From Eledone cirrhosa (lineage: Eukaryota), in the NCBI GenBank assembly GCA_964016885.1, contig OZ024741.1, forward strand, positions 139,128,001 through 139,192,000: 64,000 nucleotides of DNA, written 5' to 3'. The position numbers and the translations under genes are program-made. Each line of letters begins with the position of its first letter. The first letter of the stretch is position 1. The notes under the pieces are model-generated. The model saw only the letters and a program-made list of their open reading frames with translations. It was not told where the DNA came from and did no database searches. Shown here one piece after another: positions 1 through 12,577 of the stretch.

Positions 1-9
1 TAGTACACA

Positions 10-100
<91 letters not shown>
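1..100. repeat. (CT)n(AT)n compound microsatellite, representative of dozens of such tracts in the window
   Basis: Directly visible dinucleotide runs. Confidence 0.95.
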
Positions 101-102
<2 letters not shown>

Positions 103-132
103 CTATATAACGTGAAGGTGCATTGCTATATT

Positions 133-405
133 ATAATTGTTTCTACTTTTAGGCACAAGGCCAGCAATTACCCAGTGCATTACTGGTACTTTATTTTATC
201 GACCTCGTAAGGATGAAAGGCTAAGTCAACCTCGGCGTCAATTGCTATATTATAATTGTTTCTACTTTTGGCACAAGGCCACCAATTATCCTAGTGTATT
301 ATTGGTACATTATTTTATCGACCCCGTAAGGATGAAAGGCAAACTTAACATCGGCGCGATTTGAACTGAGATCATAAAGGGCCGTAACTCAACGGTGCAA
401 AGCGT
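133..405 (-). mobile_element. Two tandem partial copies of a tRNA-derived octopus-type SINE (Meta/MESC-like central domain)
   Basis: Reverse complement reads ...CGCCGAGGTTGACTTAGCCTTTCATCCTTACGAGGTCGATAAAATAAAGTACCAGTAATGCACTGGGTAATTGCTGGCCTTGTGCC...AGTAGAAACAATTAT. The same sequence recurs at about 14.9, 31.2-31.8, 32.4 and 36.7 kb. Confidence 0.8.
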
Positions 406-900
406 TGTTCGATTAACATTTATTTCACTTTGTCTTAATCTAATCACCTGCCAAAAATGAAATGTATCTTATACTTTGAACCTCCTTGTTTTTTCATTGA
501 TCAGTTTCCTATTATATGCGCGAAAGTATTGGGTGTATGTGTATCAATATGTTGTCACGGTGTCAATCTATCTCTCGTTATTTTCCCTTCCTTCCATTCT
601 TTGTTTTTTTAAATTTTCTGTCTTTGTTTTCATTTATTTATTTATTGATTCATATATTGCCTCTTTAAACTTTTTAATTATATTTTTCGTAATTTTAGCT
701 GATGGTATACATATATTCAACATATATAAGTCAATATATATTCTCATCTTTATATATATATACATATCACTCACATACACATTTTCTTACCCTTTTTCCG
801 TTATCTCTTTAACTCCTACTGAAACAACAAAGATAATTGCATGCATATATAGATATACCTCTCCCCCTCTCTCTCTCACTCTCTCTATCTCTCTTTCTCT

Positions 901-940
<40 letters not shown>

Positions 941-943
941 TCT

Positions 944-1107
<164 letters not shown>

Positions 1108-1381
1108 GTGTGTGTGCATATATATTTATATATCTATATATATGTATATATATTTATTTATGTACACAAACATACAAACACACACCCATATATGCTTGCT
1201 GACAGGCTTTGTGTCAGTCATATGCAGAGCATTGGCTACAACAAATATATAGTCGATCTCTTATTAATCGTATCAGCAGACACACACCAACACACATACA
1301 CAAAATACCGGTTAACAAGCATAAACATATACATCGCCATGGATTGATAGGCGTGCATCCCGCCACATATACGCACACTTT

Positions 1382-1590
1382 GGTGCAGGCATGGCAGTGT
1401 GATTAATAAAGTATATTTTCAAACAACGTGATCTTAAGTTCAGTTCAATAACGGGGCACACTCTTCGTCTATAACCTTGTATGGACAAATATATTCTAAG
1501 GGGAATTTAGAACATCGAATATATATACAGTATATGCCCCAACATTGTATCAGCCGGATGGCTGGAACAGGTAAAAGAGTAAAACTGTAT
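1382..1590 (+). mobile_element. Degenerate tRNA-derived SINE with an internal deletion
   Basis: Head resembles A/B-box SINE heads (GGCATGGCAGTGTGATT...GTTCAGTTC). Tail TGCCCCAACATTG...GGAACAGGTAAAAGAGT. Confidence 0.5.
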
Positions 1591-1669
1591 ATATATATAT
1601 ATATAGGGAGGGAGAGAGAGGGAGAGAGAGAGAATAAGAGAGAGAGAGAGAGCGTAGGCTAAGTGTAAT

Positions 1670-1855
1670 AAAGACCCTCTTCAGTCAAAAATGTCCATAG
1701 GATATGCACCTAGAAAATATCCCACTAAGGCGCAAACCCCGGCAAGGTTGTTTGTCGAATATCACCATTCGCCCATGCATCCCAGTGGGAGAATCGAAAT
1801 CATAACCTCCTGATTGCAAGTTGAATGCTCTAAATACGAAGCTACGTGGCTTCAC
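1670..1855 (-). mobile_element. CORE-like SINE family copy, internally deleted
   Basis: Reverse complement gives a tRNA-like head (GTGAAGCCACGTAGCTT...GATTTCGATTCTCCC) joined to a 3' part homologous to 21240-21340 and 32200-32260. Confidence 0.55.
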
Positions 1856-1940
1856 TATATAATGAGCTTACACCACCAAAGTTTCCAAAGCTATCAACCG
1901 TCTAAGTACTAATTAGAGTCGACGCTAATTAACCTTGTCG

Positions 1941-1975
<35 letters not shown>

Positions 1976-2160
1976 TATATATATATATATATATACATAC
2001 ACACACATATACATACACACACATATATACTTACACACATGTATATGTATGTATATATATAGAGAGAGACAGAGACATATATAGACATATATATATATAT
2101 ATATATGCATATATATATACATATATATGTATATAAATATATATATATATATATGTGTGT

Positions 2161-5150
2161 CACTAACACACATTCACAAAACAAGCCCACTGCAACAGTC
2201 AAAACCAGCCACCACACTAGCCTCCACATTCTTACTCAATACACAAGGTATCAGCCCATCCATCAATGCACATAAATAGACGATCCAATTCATTGAGGAT
2301 TGGGTTGGTAACCATCCATTTAAACATCCCCTTCTTCATTCTTACTGAGAACACCTTGACAAATCCCACTTGGAGGCCGTGCGGATCGTGTTGGCAGAAG
2401 GAAGCGTGGAACTGTCATTTTCCTGCATGGTTCCTTTACGGCAGATGGCAACACAACATTCTCTAATGGATACTGTGAATCAGTCACTGTGCACAATAAA
2501 GCCAATGACCTAACATTAGTTGGTCTCTATAGGCCGCCACAAACACCCATATGTTTCAAAGAATGCCTCAACAGTATTAAATGCATTATCAAACAGTGCC
2601 ATTCTAGCAACATACTTTTGATGGGAGATTTTAATCTACCCTGTGTCGATTGGTCTACATGTAGTTTGAAACCAGGCTCCACAGCCTCAACCACTGCCAA
2701 AGAGGCTGTCGAGTCACTTCTTGACTTCATGAATGAGTTTCTCTTGTCACAACTTGTCCTTGCACCAACGAGGCATCAGAAGAACATTCTGGATCTAGTG
2801 TTCAGTAACCACACTAACACTATACATAATATTACAGTGCAAAAAACCCTTCTCTCAGACAATGACATGGTTCTCTGTAACCTGAGATTCCACCAGCCGA
2901 AAGCTAATCCCAGGGTCCTCTCTCCAGCCCACCCATTTGATAACATGGATCTCTACAATGCCAACTGGGCTGCAATTATGAACGAACTATCACATGTCGA
3001 CAGGTCTTTTACACACGCTCACACTTCCACCAACATCAAAACATCTTGGCAGATCTTTGTAGACACTGTCACAAATATATGTAAAAAACACCCCCCTCCC
3101 AAAACCTGTGAAAAAACCAAGTGCAGTATCCACCAAAACAGAAAAACAATTATCAGAAAAATAAAAAGAACAAACAAAAAAATTAACACACTAAAATACT
3201 GCCAACAGCAACACACACATTCAATGGCTATCCCCCTGCTTGAGTCAAAAAAATTTAACCTCCAGCAATGCATGATGACCATCATCAATAACCAGAGAAT
3301 AGCTGAAGAGGGTTGGGCCATTGAGAAAATAAAACTCAACCCCACAGTGTTCTTCTCATTCGCTAAAAAGCACAAGGTCACCGTCTCCAATGTTGGCCCC
3401 CTAGTTGATTAAAATGGCACACTCCAGGACAATGCCAAAACCATGGGCGAGATACTGCAAAAACAATACTGCTCTGCTTTCAGCCACCCTGATATGGCCG
3501 ATCTGGGCCGTATCAGTGATATTAACCCCCAACCCTCTATAGCAGACATAACGTTTGGCGCCTCTGATGTCTTAGCGGCAATAAACAAAATTAAACACAA
3601 TTCAGCAGTAGGTTCCGACAGGTTCCCTGCTTGTGTCCTGAAGGTGTGTCGACACCAACTTGCAACTCCTCTTGCTTATCTGCGGAGGAACTCACTGGAC
3701 ACTGGCTATATTCCTGAAAACTTTCTGTCCCAGTCTTCAAAAAGGGAAATAAGTCCCTTGCAGTGAACGACCGTCCGATCTCACTCACCTATCATATTAT
3801 CAAGGTATTTGAGAGGATGGTGAGATCACGAATAACCCACTTTCTTGAAAGCAACGGCCTGCTGAACTCCAACCAACATGGGTTCCGTAATGGAAGGGAC
3901 TGCCTAACGAGGCTCCTGCATCACTTTGGCGATGTTTTGAGAGCCTTCGACAGGGTTGATCATAAGATTCTACTGAAAAAACTATCCAATGTTGGTGTCT
4001 CTGGAAGGTTACTACAGTGGATCAAATGTTTACTGATAGGCAGAACCCAGCATGTTATATTTGAAGGAGTAGAATCCGCAGTGGCGTCCCACAGGGAACT
4101 GTATTGGGCCCACTTCTTTTCATCATCTACATTAATGACATTACTGACATCATCAAACACAGTAACATCAGAATCTTCGCAGATGATTCCAAGCTAGAAA
4201 GGGTCATCAATGAGGTGGGTGACCGGACTTGCCTTCAGCCAGACCTACTGGCCGTTATCCAATGGGTAGAGATGAATAATATGCTGTTGAATGAGGATAA
4301 GTTTGAACTAATCCACTTTGGAAAAAAGGATGCTCTGAAACTACCATACTCTCTTCCTGCGGGTGAAACTCTGGTGGCTTCCAATAACATCAGAGACCTG
4401 GAGTAATTGTGGACAACAATATAAGCTGGGCCACTCATATAAACAGCAAAGTTGGTATGGCCCGCAGAATGTGTTCCTGGATTCTCAGAACTTTCCAGTC
4501 GAGAGATATCCACACTGTTGTCCTTCTCTTCTGCACTTTTGCCCGACCCCACCTTGAATACTGTTATCCACTGTGGTCACCCCACACGAAACAAAGTATC
4601 ATGAAAGTTGAAGCACCCCAATGGTCAATTACAAAAAAGATAGTTGGCATGACAGGCCTTGATATTGGGGTCGATTAGAAAAGCTCAAACTTTATTCTCT
4701 TCAACGTCGCCGTGAGCGCTATATTATCTGTATGATGAGGAAAATATTCCATCAGCTTAGCCCAAATGAATTGGCATCATCTTTAGTGTACACGCAAGGC
4801 TTGGGCCCCGTGCTATCTGCCCAGGACAAAAATTCCACTCGCATCACATAACAACAATACGGCACAATTATTTCACCTAAATTGGCCCTGCACTCTTTAA
4901 CATTACACCAAAACACATCAAAGCAGAGACAGACCCCATCAAGTTCAAGAAGTCTTTGGATAAATTCCTTCAAGAAATCCCGGATAAGCCTCCTACACCC
5001 AGATATGCCTCCGTAAACAATAACTCTCTGCTAGAGTGGGCCATGGTTTCCAAACACTGATTTGTATGACTTCGCCAGGTGGTGCTATTAAGTTAGACAT
5101 GGCCCGAGCCAATACTGGCCGAAACCTGTCAAAGTTATCAAAGTCAAAGT
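2161..5150 (+). mobile_element. CR1-like LINE: disrupted ORF2 with AP endonuclease and reverse transcriptase, plus 3' end
   Basis: ORFs 2489-3412 (LYRPP, MGDFNLP, PTR..NILDLVF, SDND), 3763-4197 (RPISLT, NQHGFR, AFDRVDH), 4104-4406 (GPLLFIIYIND, IFADDSK) and 4409-4678 (RPHLEYC..WSP). Many frameshifts. Ends in a hairpin-like 3' UTR and short TCAAAG repeats. Confidence 0.92.
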
Positions 5151-5200
<50 letters not shown>

Positions 5201-5203
<3 letters not shown>

Positions 5204-7925
5204 GAACGAGTAGGACTCCGACGGCTGAGCTCAAACCGTTTCGACGGCTAATTCTGGACTAAATGACCATTTTTATCCTGGTAAATGAATAGCCGAGCTT
5301 CTCAGGGGGTAATATTCCATATATAGTAAAAGTGATTGTCACAAGGATTGGTCAAAAGTTTGTTGTTGAGACACATAATTCTATCATGCCATTTTGTGGA
5401 AGGAAGGGGTAGCTGAACTTGCCAGTAGAAGAAAGAGGGAGAGGGAGTGGAGGAAACCCAGTCGTGCGTTGAAAATGACAATTACAGCAGAATCCTAAGG
5501 ATAAGAGGTCAAGAGGGGGAGAGGGGAGGAAGTCGAAACAATAAGTAGATCTATATGGAGTAAATCTATATAGAAAAATGAGAATGTTAAAAATATAAAA
5601 AACAATTTCTGGTTACTATTCCCCTACCGCAATCATCAAATCTCTCACTGGTATTGCTAAACTATAGAAAAGTTTAATAGGTGGGGCGGGATACTAAATA
5701 CGAGATTGTAGTGAAAGAATTTTATGAGTTAGTAGTAATCAGCCAAATCTATCTTACAATGACACTTCAACAAGTAGGGGCGCAGAATCCTAATAAAGAA
5801 CCTAACACGAAATAATAATTCTGAGACCCGAAACTAATACGAAATATTAATCCAGATTCCCGAAAATGAATACTAATACGATATATAAGAGTACCGCTAC
5901 AATACATAAATTCTAATGCAAACTACATAAATGCTCGTACGATATATATGAAAAAATTAATACGAAAATTTAATTCAGAACCCCCCCCCCCCCCCCCCCC
6001 CCCAAAAAAAAACCCTGATATACGACAAACTAAAGCAGAGATACCACTAAGAAATCTAGAAATCACGGAAATGTGGCAGCAATCAGATAAAGAAAGCAAG
6101 TATCTGGGGTCTAGCACATCTGCTATAAAAAGCGGAGTATGCCAATTCTCTCATAGACTAGGGGGTGGGGGTGGGAGTACTGAGGCTACAGAGGACCGAA
6201 GGGCTGCCTCGGGGTGGGCGAGAAGGTGAAAAGAACGACGAGAAAGGAGGAGAACTGGGGTGGAAGGACTAGGAAGGGATGGGGGGAAGAAGGAAATATA
6301 GAGGAAACGATAAAGAATATATAAGAAAATCTTACATCTACCTTTGTAAGCAGGGGTTACCCATTACAAAGTCGGCAAGTGGGGGTTACATCCCTTGTCT
6401 AACGGGTCATTATCGGGTTTGAGGGCGAGGTAATTCCTACGTAATCTGTGTTTGCATGCAGTTACCAGTTCGTCTTTCTTGTTTAGGAGTTGGTCCGTCG
6501 AAAACACCATTTGTAATGTTTCCTCCGAGCATAAGTAACACGGGCCGCGTCCTCCCGTGCAAGAGTTGGCTCTGGACAGTAAGCTCCAAGTGAGATTATA
6601 GGTTATATTGTTATCTTTGAGGTCCCAGATGTGGCTCGAAAGTGTAGTGGCGTGACGCCGGGCCGGGTTTCGGAAAGTATGTTTGTGTTGGTATAGCCGG
6701 GTCTTGAAGTCACAAGCGGTTAATCCTATATATGTTTGTTGGAGGTGTCCGTCCACGTTGCACTGGTAGATCACATTTCGATCACTGCATCTGTTGTCGA
6801 GGGGGCAAATGGATCCAACAGGACAGTTACACCTCCTGGTCGGCTCTCCACTGATATCTAGGTTATTTCTTCCATAGGGGTTGAGTTTTTTTATGTTAGA
6901 GGAGACGATGTTTTGTGCAAAGTTAGGTGTAGTGCTGTAGGAGAGTCTGATGGTATTTTTGTTGATTATGTTGTGGTAGCGGTGTTGTAGTGAGAAGTGT
7001 ATTTCGATGAGCCTAAATAAGATTTTCCCGATAGCTGTTGTCACCTCGGCTTTGTGATGGGGGGGGGGTTGAACCATGTTACGTTGGGTGAGCGGCGGTG
7101 GCGCATGCTGGTTCCGCTAATGGAAGCTGGACAGTAGGATATTTCCACTCCGCCGTAGGGCCTGGTTGTAATAAGGTGCATGTTCCTCGAATATCTGCTC
7201 ATTAGCGGACAAACGAGATATGCGCAGGGAGATTTTTTTAACCAGGTTATTGGTGATGTTTTTAGGATGGTTTGACCGGCGTTGGATGTATTGCAGGTTA
7301 TCGTTTGGTTTCCTGTATGGGTAGTACAGATCATTATCGAGGTCAAGGGTAACGTCTAGGAAGTTTACTCGGGTTAGGGACGTTTGTAGGGTTATTTTAA
7401 ATCCCCAGTTGCGGAAGAAGCTGATTAATTGTTTACGGACCCGGTCCGTACTACTGGGGTTGTACCCTTTAAACGTAAGGAGCCCATCATCACGGTACAA
7501 TCCACCACCGAATGCAGGAAACATATCGGTGAGTTTAACTAGTAGGAATAATCCTATAAGATCTGTGACCGCAGCCAAATCCGTCGCGCCCATACTGACG
7601 TCGAAGGGGGAGTCGGGAGTTCTCTTTATCCATTTGGAGTTGTCGAAAAGTAGGACTGCCTTCCTGGTGTGGAGGATGATATTTTCTTTCCTGGACGGTG
7701 ATGGGCGCACGTGTCTCGTCAAAGTCCAAGGCGGCCGTAAGTAGCGGTAAGGTAATTGAAGCATAGTAACACTCTATGTCAAACTGGATGAATTTTGTGT
7801 CTCGTTTGTCCTCCATATTGCTGAACCATGAGATTACTTCCTGGATGTTGTCCCATAGGCCAAAGTCTGGCGTTTTGCTTAACTTTTGGTATAACGCGGT
7901 CTAGGATTTTTATACTGATTCTCCC
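5201..7925 (-). mobile_element. Naiad-type Penelope-like retroelement, 5'-truncated: RT, Zn finger, GIY-YIG endonuclease, long 3' UTR and terminal hammerhead
   Basis: ORFs 7535-7816 (FIQFDIECYY), 7117-7764 (FDVSMG, GLYRDDGL, NFLDVTLDL, PYRKPN, SNHP) and 6364-7077 (WFNPP, CNC-x5-CPL, VIY..YIG, FKTR..H, CYLC, LLNKK.E..CKH). Both ends abut microsatellites. Confidence 0.88.
5215..5310 (-). ncRNA. Type I hammerhead ribozyme at the 3' end of the Naiad element (core mismatch C3-A8)
   Basis: Minus strand: acccc CUGAGAA gcucggcuauuc...gaauuagccguc GAAA cgguuugagcucagccg UC ggagu. GUC cleavage triplet and a palindromic GAGCUC in loop III. Confidence 0.65.
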
Positions 7926-8017
7926 TATATATTTATATATAATTATATATGTATATATATAATTATATATATATATATATATAATTATATATATATATAT
8001 ATATAATTATATATATA

Positions 8018-8053
<36 letters not shown>

Positions 8054-8189
8054 TATATATATAATTATATATATATATATATCATTATATATATATACAT
8101 ACACATATGAATGTATGTATATAAACATATAATGACATTTCTAATTATGTATAAGAATATAAACATATATGTACCAATACAGCCCGTAT

Positions 8190-9505
8190 CCCCGACGTCA
8201 CATATCAGTAAGTTCGGGGAATAAAACATCAGAAAGAAACTGATCACGTTCCTCTAGGAAAATGACCGCCTAACTAGCACGCATTATGGCTTTCGCCGAG
8301 AAAGAAGCTGCCTTACACAGCTGTTTCAACGCTATGACTGGGTACTGATACAACGGCTGAAATATATATTGACTTTACGAAGGCTTTCGAGAAGCTCAAC
8401 CAAGGAATGATGTCACAAACCACACAGATTCGGCATAACTGGAAAAGTAGGTCAGTGGCTGCATGATTTCTAGAAAGACAGACGCCGGTGGAGCCCTCTC
8501 AAAGGAAACCTCTATAACAGGTGGTGTGCCTCAGGGCACAGTCTTGGGGCCACTTCTGTTTTTGGTGGCTCTCTCAGACATTCCCTCTGTAGTACAAACA
8601 ACAGCCCTCACTAGTTATGCTGATGTCATAGAGGTAACACAGACTGCTGCTGTTTTTTTACAAGATTTACAACAATTTAGATGCCATATACACATGGGCT
8701 AAGGCCAACAACATGCAGTTTAATGCGGGAAAACGTCAAGACCTACTACCCCAACCTCGAAAACGCCCGTGTCGAAATCGATACGGGACCTAGGGATATG
8801 CATGATCGGCGATGCATCTTTTTCTTCGTGACAATGTGCAGACGACTCGGTGGCTGGATCTTGAGGACTTCCGGACAAGACACCGAGAGACAATGTTGGT
8901 ACTATGGAGAATATTTGTCCTAAGCTGCCTGGACTATTGCACCCAGCTGTGGTCACCCCCATAGTATCAAACGAACCACGGATCTTGGGGCAATCCAACG
9001 AAGCTACACCAGAGGATTGCCACGATGAAGGAGATGAGCTACTGGGAGAGGCTACAAGAACTGAAACTCTACTCCTTGGAACGAAGGCGGGAGAGATGCG
9101 CAGTGACATACATATGGAAAATTCTGGAGAGACTAGCACCAAACATAGCAGAACTGGACCAACTCGCGAACACAATGTCTCTGGGTGGTGCCAATGGTCC
9201 CGTCTTCCACATCTAGGATAAGGAGCATATATAGCCTGGGGTTCCAACCCCTCAAATCGTCAACAGGCTGCCTGAAATTTGAGAGATCTGCATGGGGTGG
9301 ACGTGGATGTTTTCCAGAAATATCTCGACACCCTGCTATCCAGAATCACGGATGAGCCCACAGCACAGTACAATGTTAAACTAAGTGTAGGAGCAACGAA
9401 CTCCCTCTTATACCAATGGTCAGGCAACACAGGCTGGAGATAGAATGTGTAACAACAAGCGCGCTACGACTGCCTGGGCTCAGCTGGATGTCAGCAAGTA
9501 AAAAG
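8190..9505 (+). mobile_element. Older, heavily degenerate CR1-like LINE RT fragment
   Basis: GVPQGTVLGPLLF and SYADV (ORF 8463-8702). [20 protein letters not shown] (ORF 9025-9216). Confidence 0.8.
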
Positions 9506-9523
9506 GTTATATATATATATATA

Positions 9524-9637
<114 letters not shown>

Positions 9638-9665
9638 CATATATACATATATATGAATATATATA

Positions 9666-10249
9666 TATTTAATTTCTGAATTTGTTTAGCAAGATTCTTT
9701 ATCTGAAAACGTGTGTTGAAACCGATATTGTTATGCTTTGGGAGGTCATGTTTCCAACGCACAAATCACAGAAGCAATAAGCATAAATGAACTCCAACCA
9801 AAATTAAATAGAAAACATGAATGGAATAGCAACATCACAACTCACAATTAAGGATAAAATGAAAACACACAAACACATAGAACAAACAACCAACCAGTAA
9901 CATGTAAATAAACAAATAAATAAACAAATATAAACACACAAAGACACCCGGATGTAACACATGCGCAAACTAAGCACACAACACACACAAAAACAAGATG
10001 GCATAGCACATAACAAAGGAGAGGCACAAAAACAAAGAAAAGAAAAGTATCCCCAGTCACTGAAGAGGTTACAGAATGTGTGACGAAAGAACTTTTACAA
10101 TATATGAACAATCGTTTGGTTGAGGAACCAACCAACCAACAAACCGGAAATTTATAAATTCCTAAATTTATTAATTTAATTTATAATAAATTGAAGTGAT
10201 AGCGACTGGTGCATGTGTTTCTTATTGGCAATATGACCCTCCCAAAGCA

Positions 10250-10253
<4 letters not shown>
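9666..10253 (+). mobile_element. Non-coding PLE derivative: inverted terminal fragment, AC-rich UTR and hammerhead, inserted in (TA)n
   Basis: 9770-10253 aligns by eye to 35430-35915, the 3' UTR of the GIY-YIG PLE. 9666-9758 is the reverse complement of that element's 3' terminus (about 35890-35975). Confidence 0.8.
10056..10098 (+). ncRNA. Minimal type I hammerhead ribozyme (one stem I mismatch)
   Basis: guca CUGAAGA g guuaca gaaug ugugac GAAA gaac UU uuac. Confidence 0.7.
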
Positions 10254-10315
<62 letters not shown>

Positions 10316-10337
10316 TATATATATATATATATATGCA

Positions 10338-10386
<49 letters not shown>

Positions 10387-10504
10387 ATATATATATGCAT
10401 ATATATATATATATATATGCATATATATATATATATATGCATATATATATACTTTATATATATATATATATATATATATACATACTTTGTCCTATATATA
10501 CATA

Positions 10505-10643
10505 TGTTCGCGAGTTGGTCCAGTTCTGCTATGTTTGGTGCTAGTCTCTCCAGAATTTTCCATATGTATGTCACTGCGCATCTCTCCCGCCTTCGTTCCA
10601 AGGAGTAGAGTTTCAGTTCTTGTAGCCTCTCCCAGTAGCTCAT
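10505..10643 (-). repeat. 139-bp inverted duplicate of 9034-9172 inside a (TA)n tract
   Basis: Appears base-for-base identical to the reverse complement of 9034-9172. Confidence 0.9.
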
Positions 10644-10694
10644 ATATAGATAGATAAATATACACGGGTGTGTATGATTGTGTATAGAAGATTA

Positions 10695-11144
10695 TATTAA
10701 TAAAAGGAATTCCAACTTTGTCTGATTTACTAGTTTTATTTACAGTCCTTTAAAATTTATAATGGTATTAGAATGAAATAGTATGGTAGAATATTAAATG
10801 TTAAGTGTTAATTGAACAAGTAATTTCATGCTTTCGCAATCTTCAGGTTTATAATGTGTGGTAACAGTCAAGTTTGCAATTTTCAGCACGTACACACACA
10901 CACACCCATACACTTGCATTTAGCACCTTAATTACAGTCCCACGCTTCACAGTTGAAAATTGCAAACTTGACTGTCACCACACATTATGAACCTGAAGAT
11001 TGCGAAAGCATGAAAGTACTTGTTCAATTAACACTTAACATTTAAAATTCTACCATAATATTCCATTCGAACACCATTATAAATTTTAAAGAACTGTAAA
11101 TAAAACGAGTAAATCAGACAAAGTTGGAATTCCTTTTATTAATA
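10695..11144. repeat. Fold-back with arms of about 190 bp (10695-10886 and 10953-11144), each carrying a hammerhead
   Basis: The arms are reverse complements. The spacer is duplicated at 11575-11632. TA-rich flanks. Confidence 0.88.
10988..11026 (+). ncRNA. Minimal type I hammerhead ribozyme, with a mutated antisense partner at 10813-10851
   Basis: ugaac CUGAAGA u ugc gaaa gca u GAAA guac UU guuca. Perfect 5-bp stem I, GNRA-capped stem II, palindromic AAGUACUU stem III. Confidence 0.8.
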
Positions 11145-11185
11145 TATATATACATATATACATATATACATATATAAATATATAT

Positions 11186-11267
<82 letters not shown>

Positions 11268-11307
11268 ATACTTTGGGAGGGTCATGTTGCCAATAAATTC
11301 AGAAACG

Positions 11308-11345
<38 letters not shown>

Positions 11346-12400
11346 CGTATGTTTAATGGTTTTAGTTGTATAATAAACAGATTGAAAATATGAGTACCTA
11401 ACTTTATAAACATATACTTGCGTTAACGTGACCCACTGTATCATTAGTAGAAACTGCCCCAGCAAGGCCGCTGATTAATGATTGGATCCAGGGAAAGCAA
11501 CAACTATTAATTAAACTTACACACACACCCACACACACACTGACACACACTCATACTCACAGACACACACTACACGTACACACACACGCATACACTTGCG
11601 TTTAGCACCTTAATTACAGTTCCACGCTTCACAAGTTACATGTATTTGCAGGTTTATATGGAAGTAATATGTATGGATGTATATATATGTATGCAGGTAT
11701 ACATGTATATATGCCTATAGCTATGTGTATATGCATGTCTATGTATAAATGTATATATGTATATATCTATATATGTATGTACGTATGTATGTATGCATGT
11801 ATGTATGTGTGTATGTCAATTTTTATCATGCATTCATTATCGGTTATTGAATGTGCATAGTCATACATTTACGTGACACTGAGTAAAACCCTGCTTATTT
11901 ATACAAAAATAAAAAATAAAAGCAGTTGTGATTCCATAAAACAACATATCCATTTAAGTGTTTCCTCCCTAAACATAAATCTTCAAACATAATTTTATAT
12001 AAAACAAACTATGTTGCGTATAATATTGTGATAATGAAATAATTAATCGTAGTATGTCCCTTAAAATTCTTCATTAATCAAGTGAAATACTGTGTATGTT
12101 ATCAGAAATATGCTAAAGACAGGGTTCCTAGTGTATGTATGTTGGAATCACTGAGCTTTTTTTTCTGTAGAATGATGAAAGATTTATAAAATGAAACGCA
12201 CGCACACAAATAATGAATATGAGGACAAGTTTTCCGTGATTCACTTTGTTAGGTAATTCTAAAACACACACACACACGCATATACATGTACACACCCATA
12301 TACACACACACTCATATGTTTTAAAGATCAGTATTTGAAACCAGTAAGTACTGTATTCCGCCGAGTACTCCATACTTGGGATAGTACAGTGTGACTATAT

Positions 12401-12497
12401 TAGAAAGAGTCGGGGCTCGGCGTTTAAGCTCTTGCCGTTTCGACAGTTAATTCCAGAAATGGCAAGAGCTCAGCCGTCGGGCTTCGTCTCTTTCTAA
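12401..12497. repeat. Small fold-back made of two Naiad-type hammerhead 3' halves
   Basis: The right arm GAAATGGCAAGAGCTCAGCCGTCGGG resembles the 5215-5310 hammerhead. The left arm is its imperfect reverse complement. Confidence 0.65.
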
Positions 12498-12577
12498 TAT
12501 ATACTTATATCTATATCTATCTATATCTCTCTCTCTCTATATATATGTATTAATATTTATTTGTCTATATATATATA

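Noticed and set aside
6364-7077. Possible selenocysteine-encoding Naiad (in-frame UGA with SECIS), also considered for 62296-62800
   Set aside because: Conserved Cys positions use Cys codons, or TAT in one decayed case, rather than TGA. No convincing SECIS could be folded by eye.
9698-9733. Antisense hammerhead-like motif CTGAAAA-CGTGTGTT-GAAACCGATA at the PLE terminus
   Set aside because: No stem I pairing, a poor stem II, and the core is not kept in the 27660 relative.
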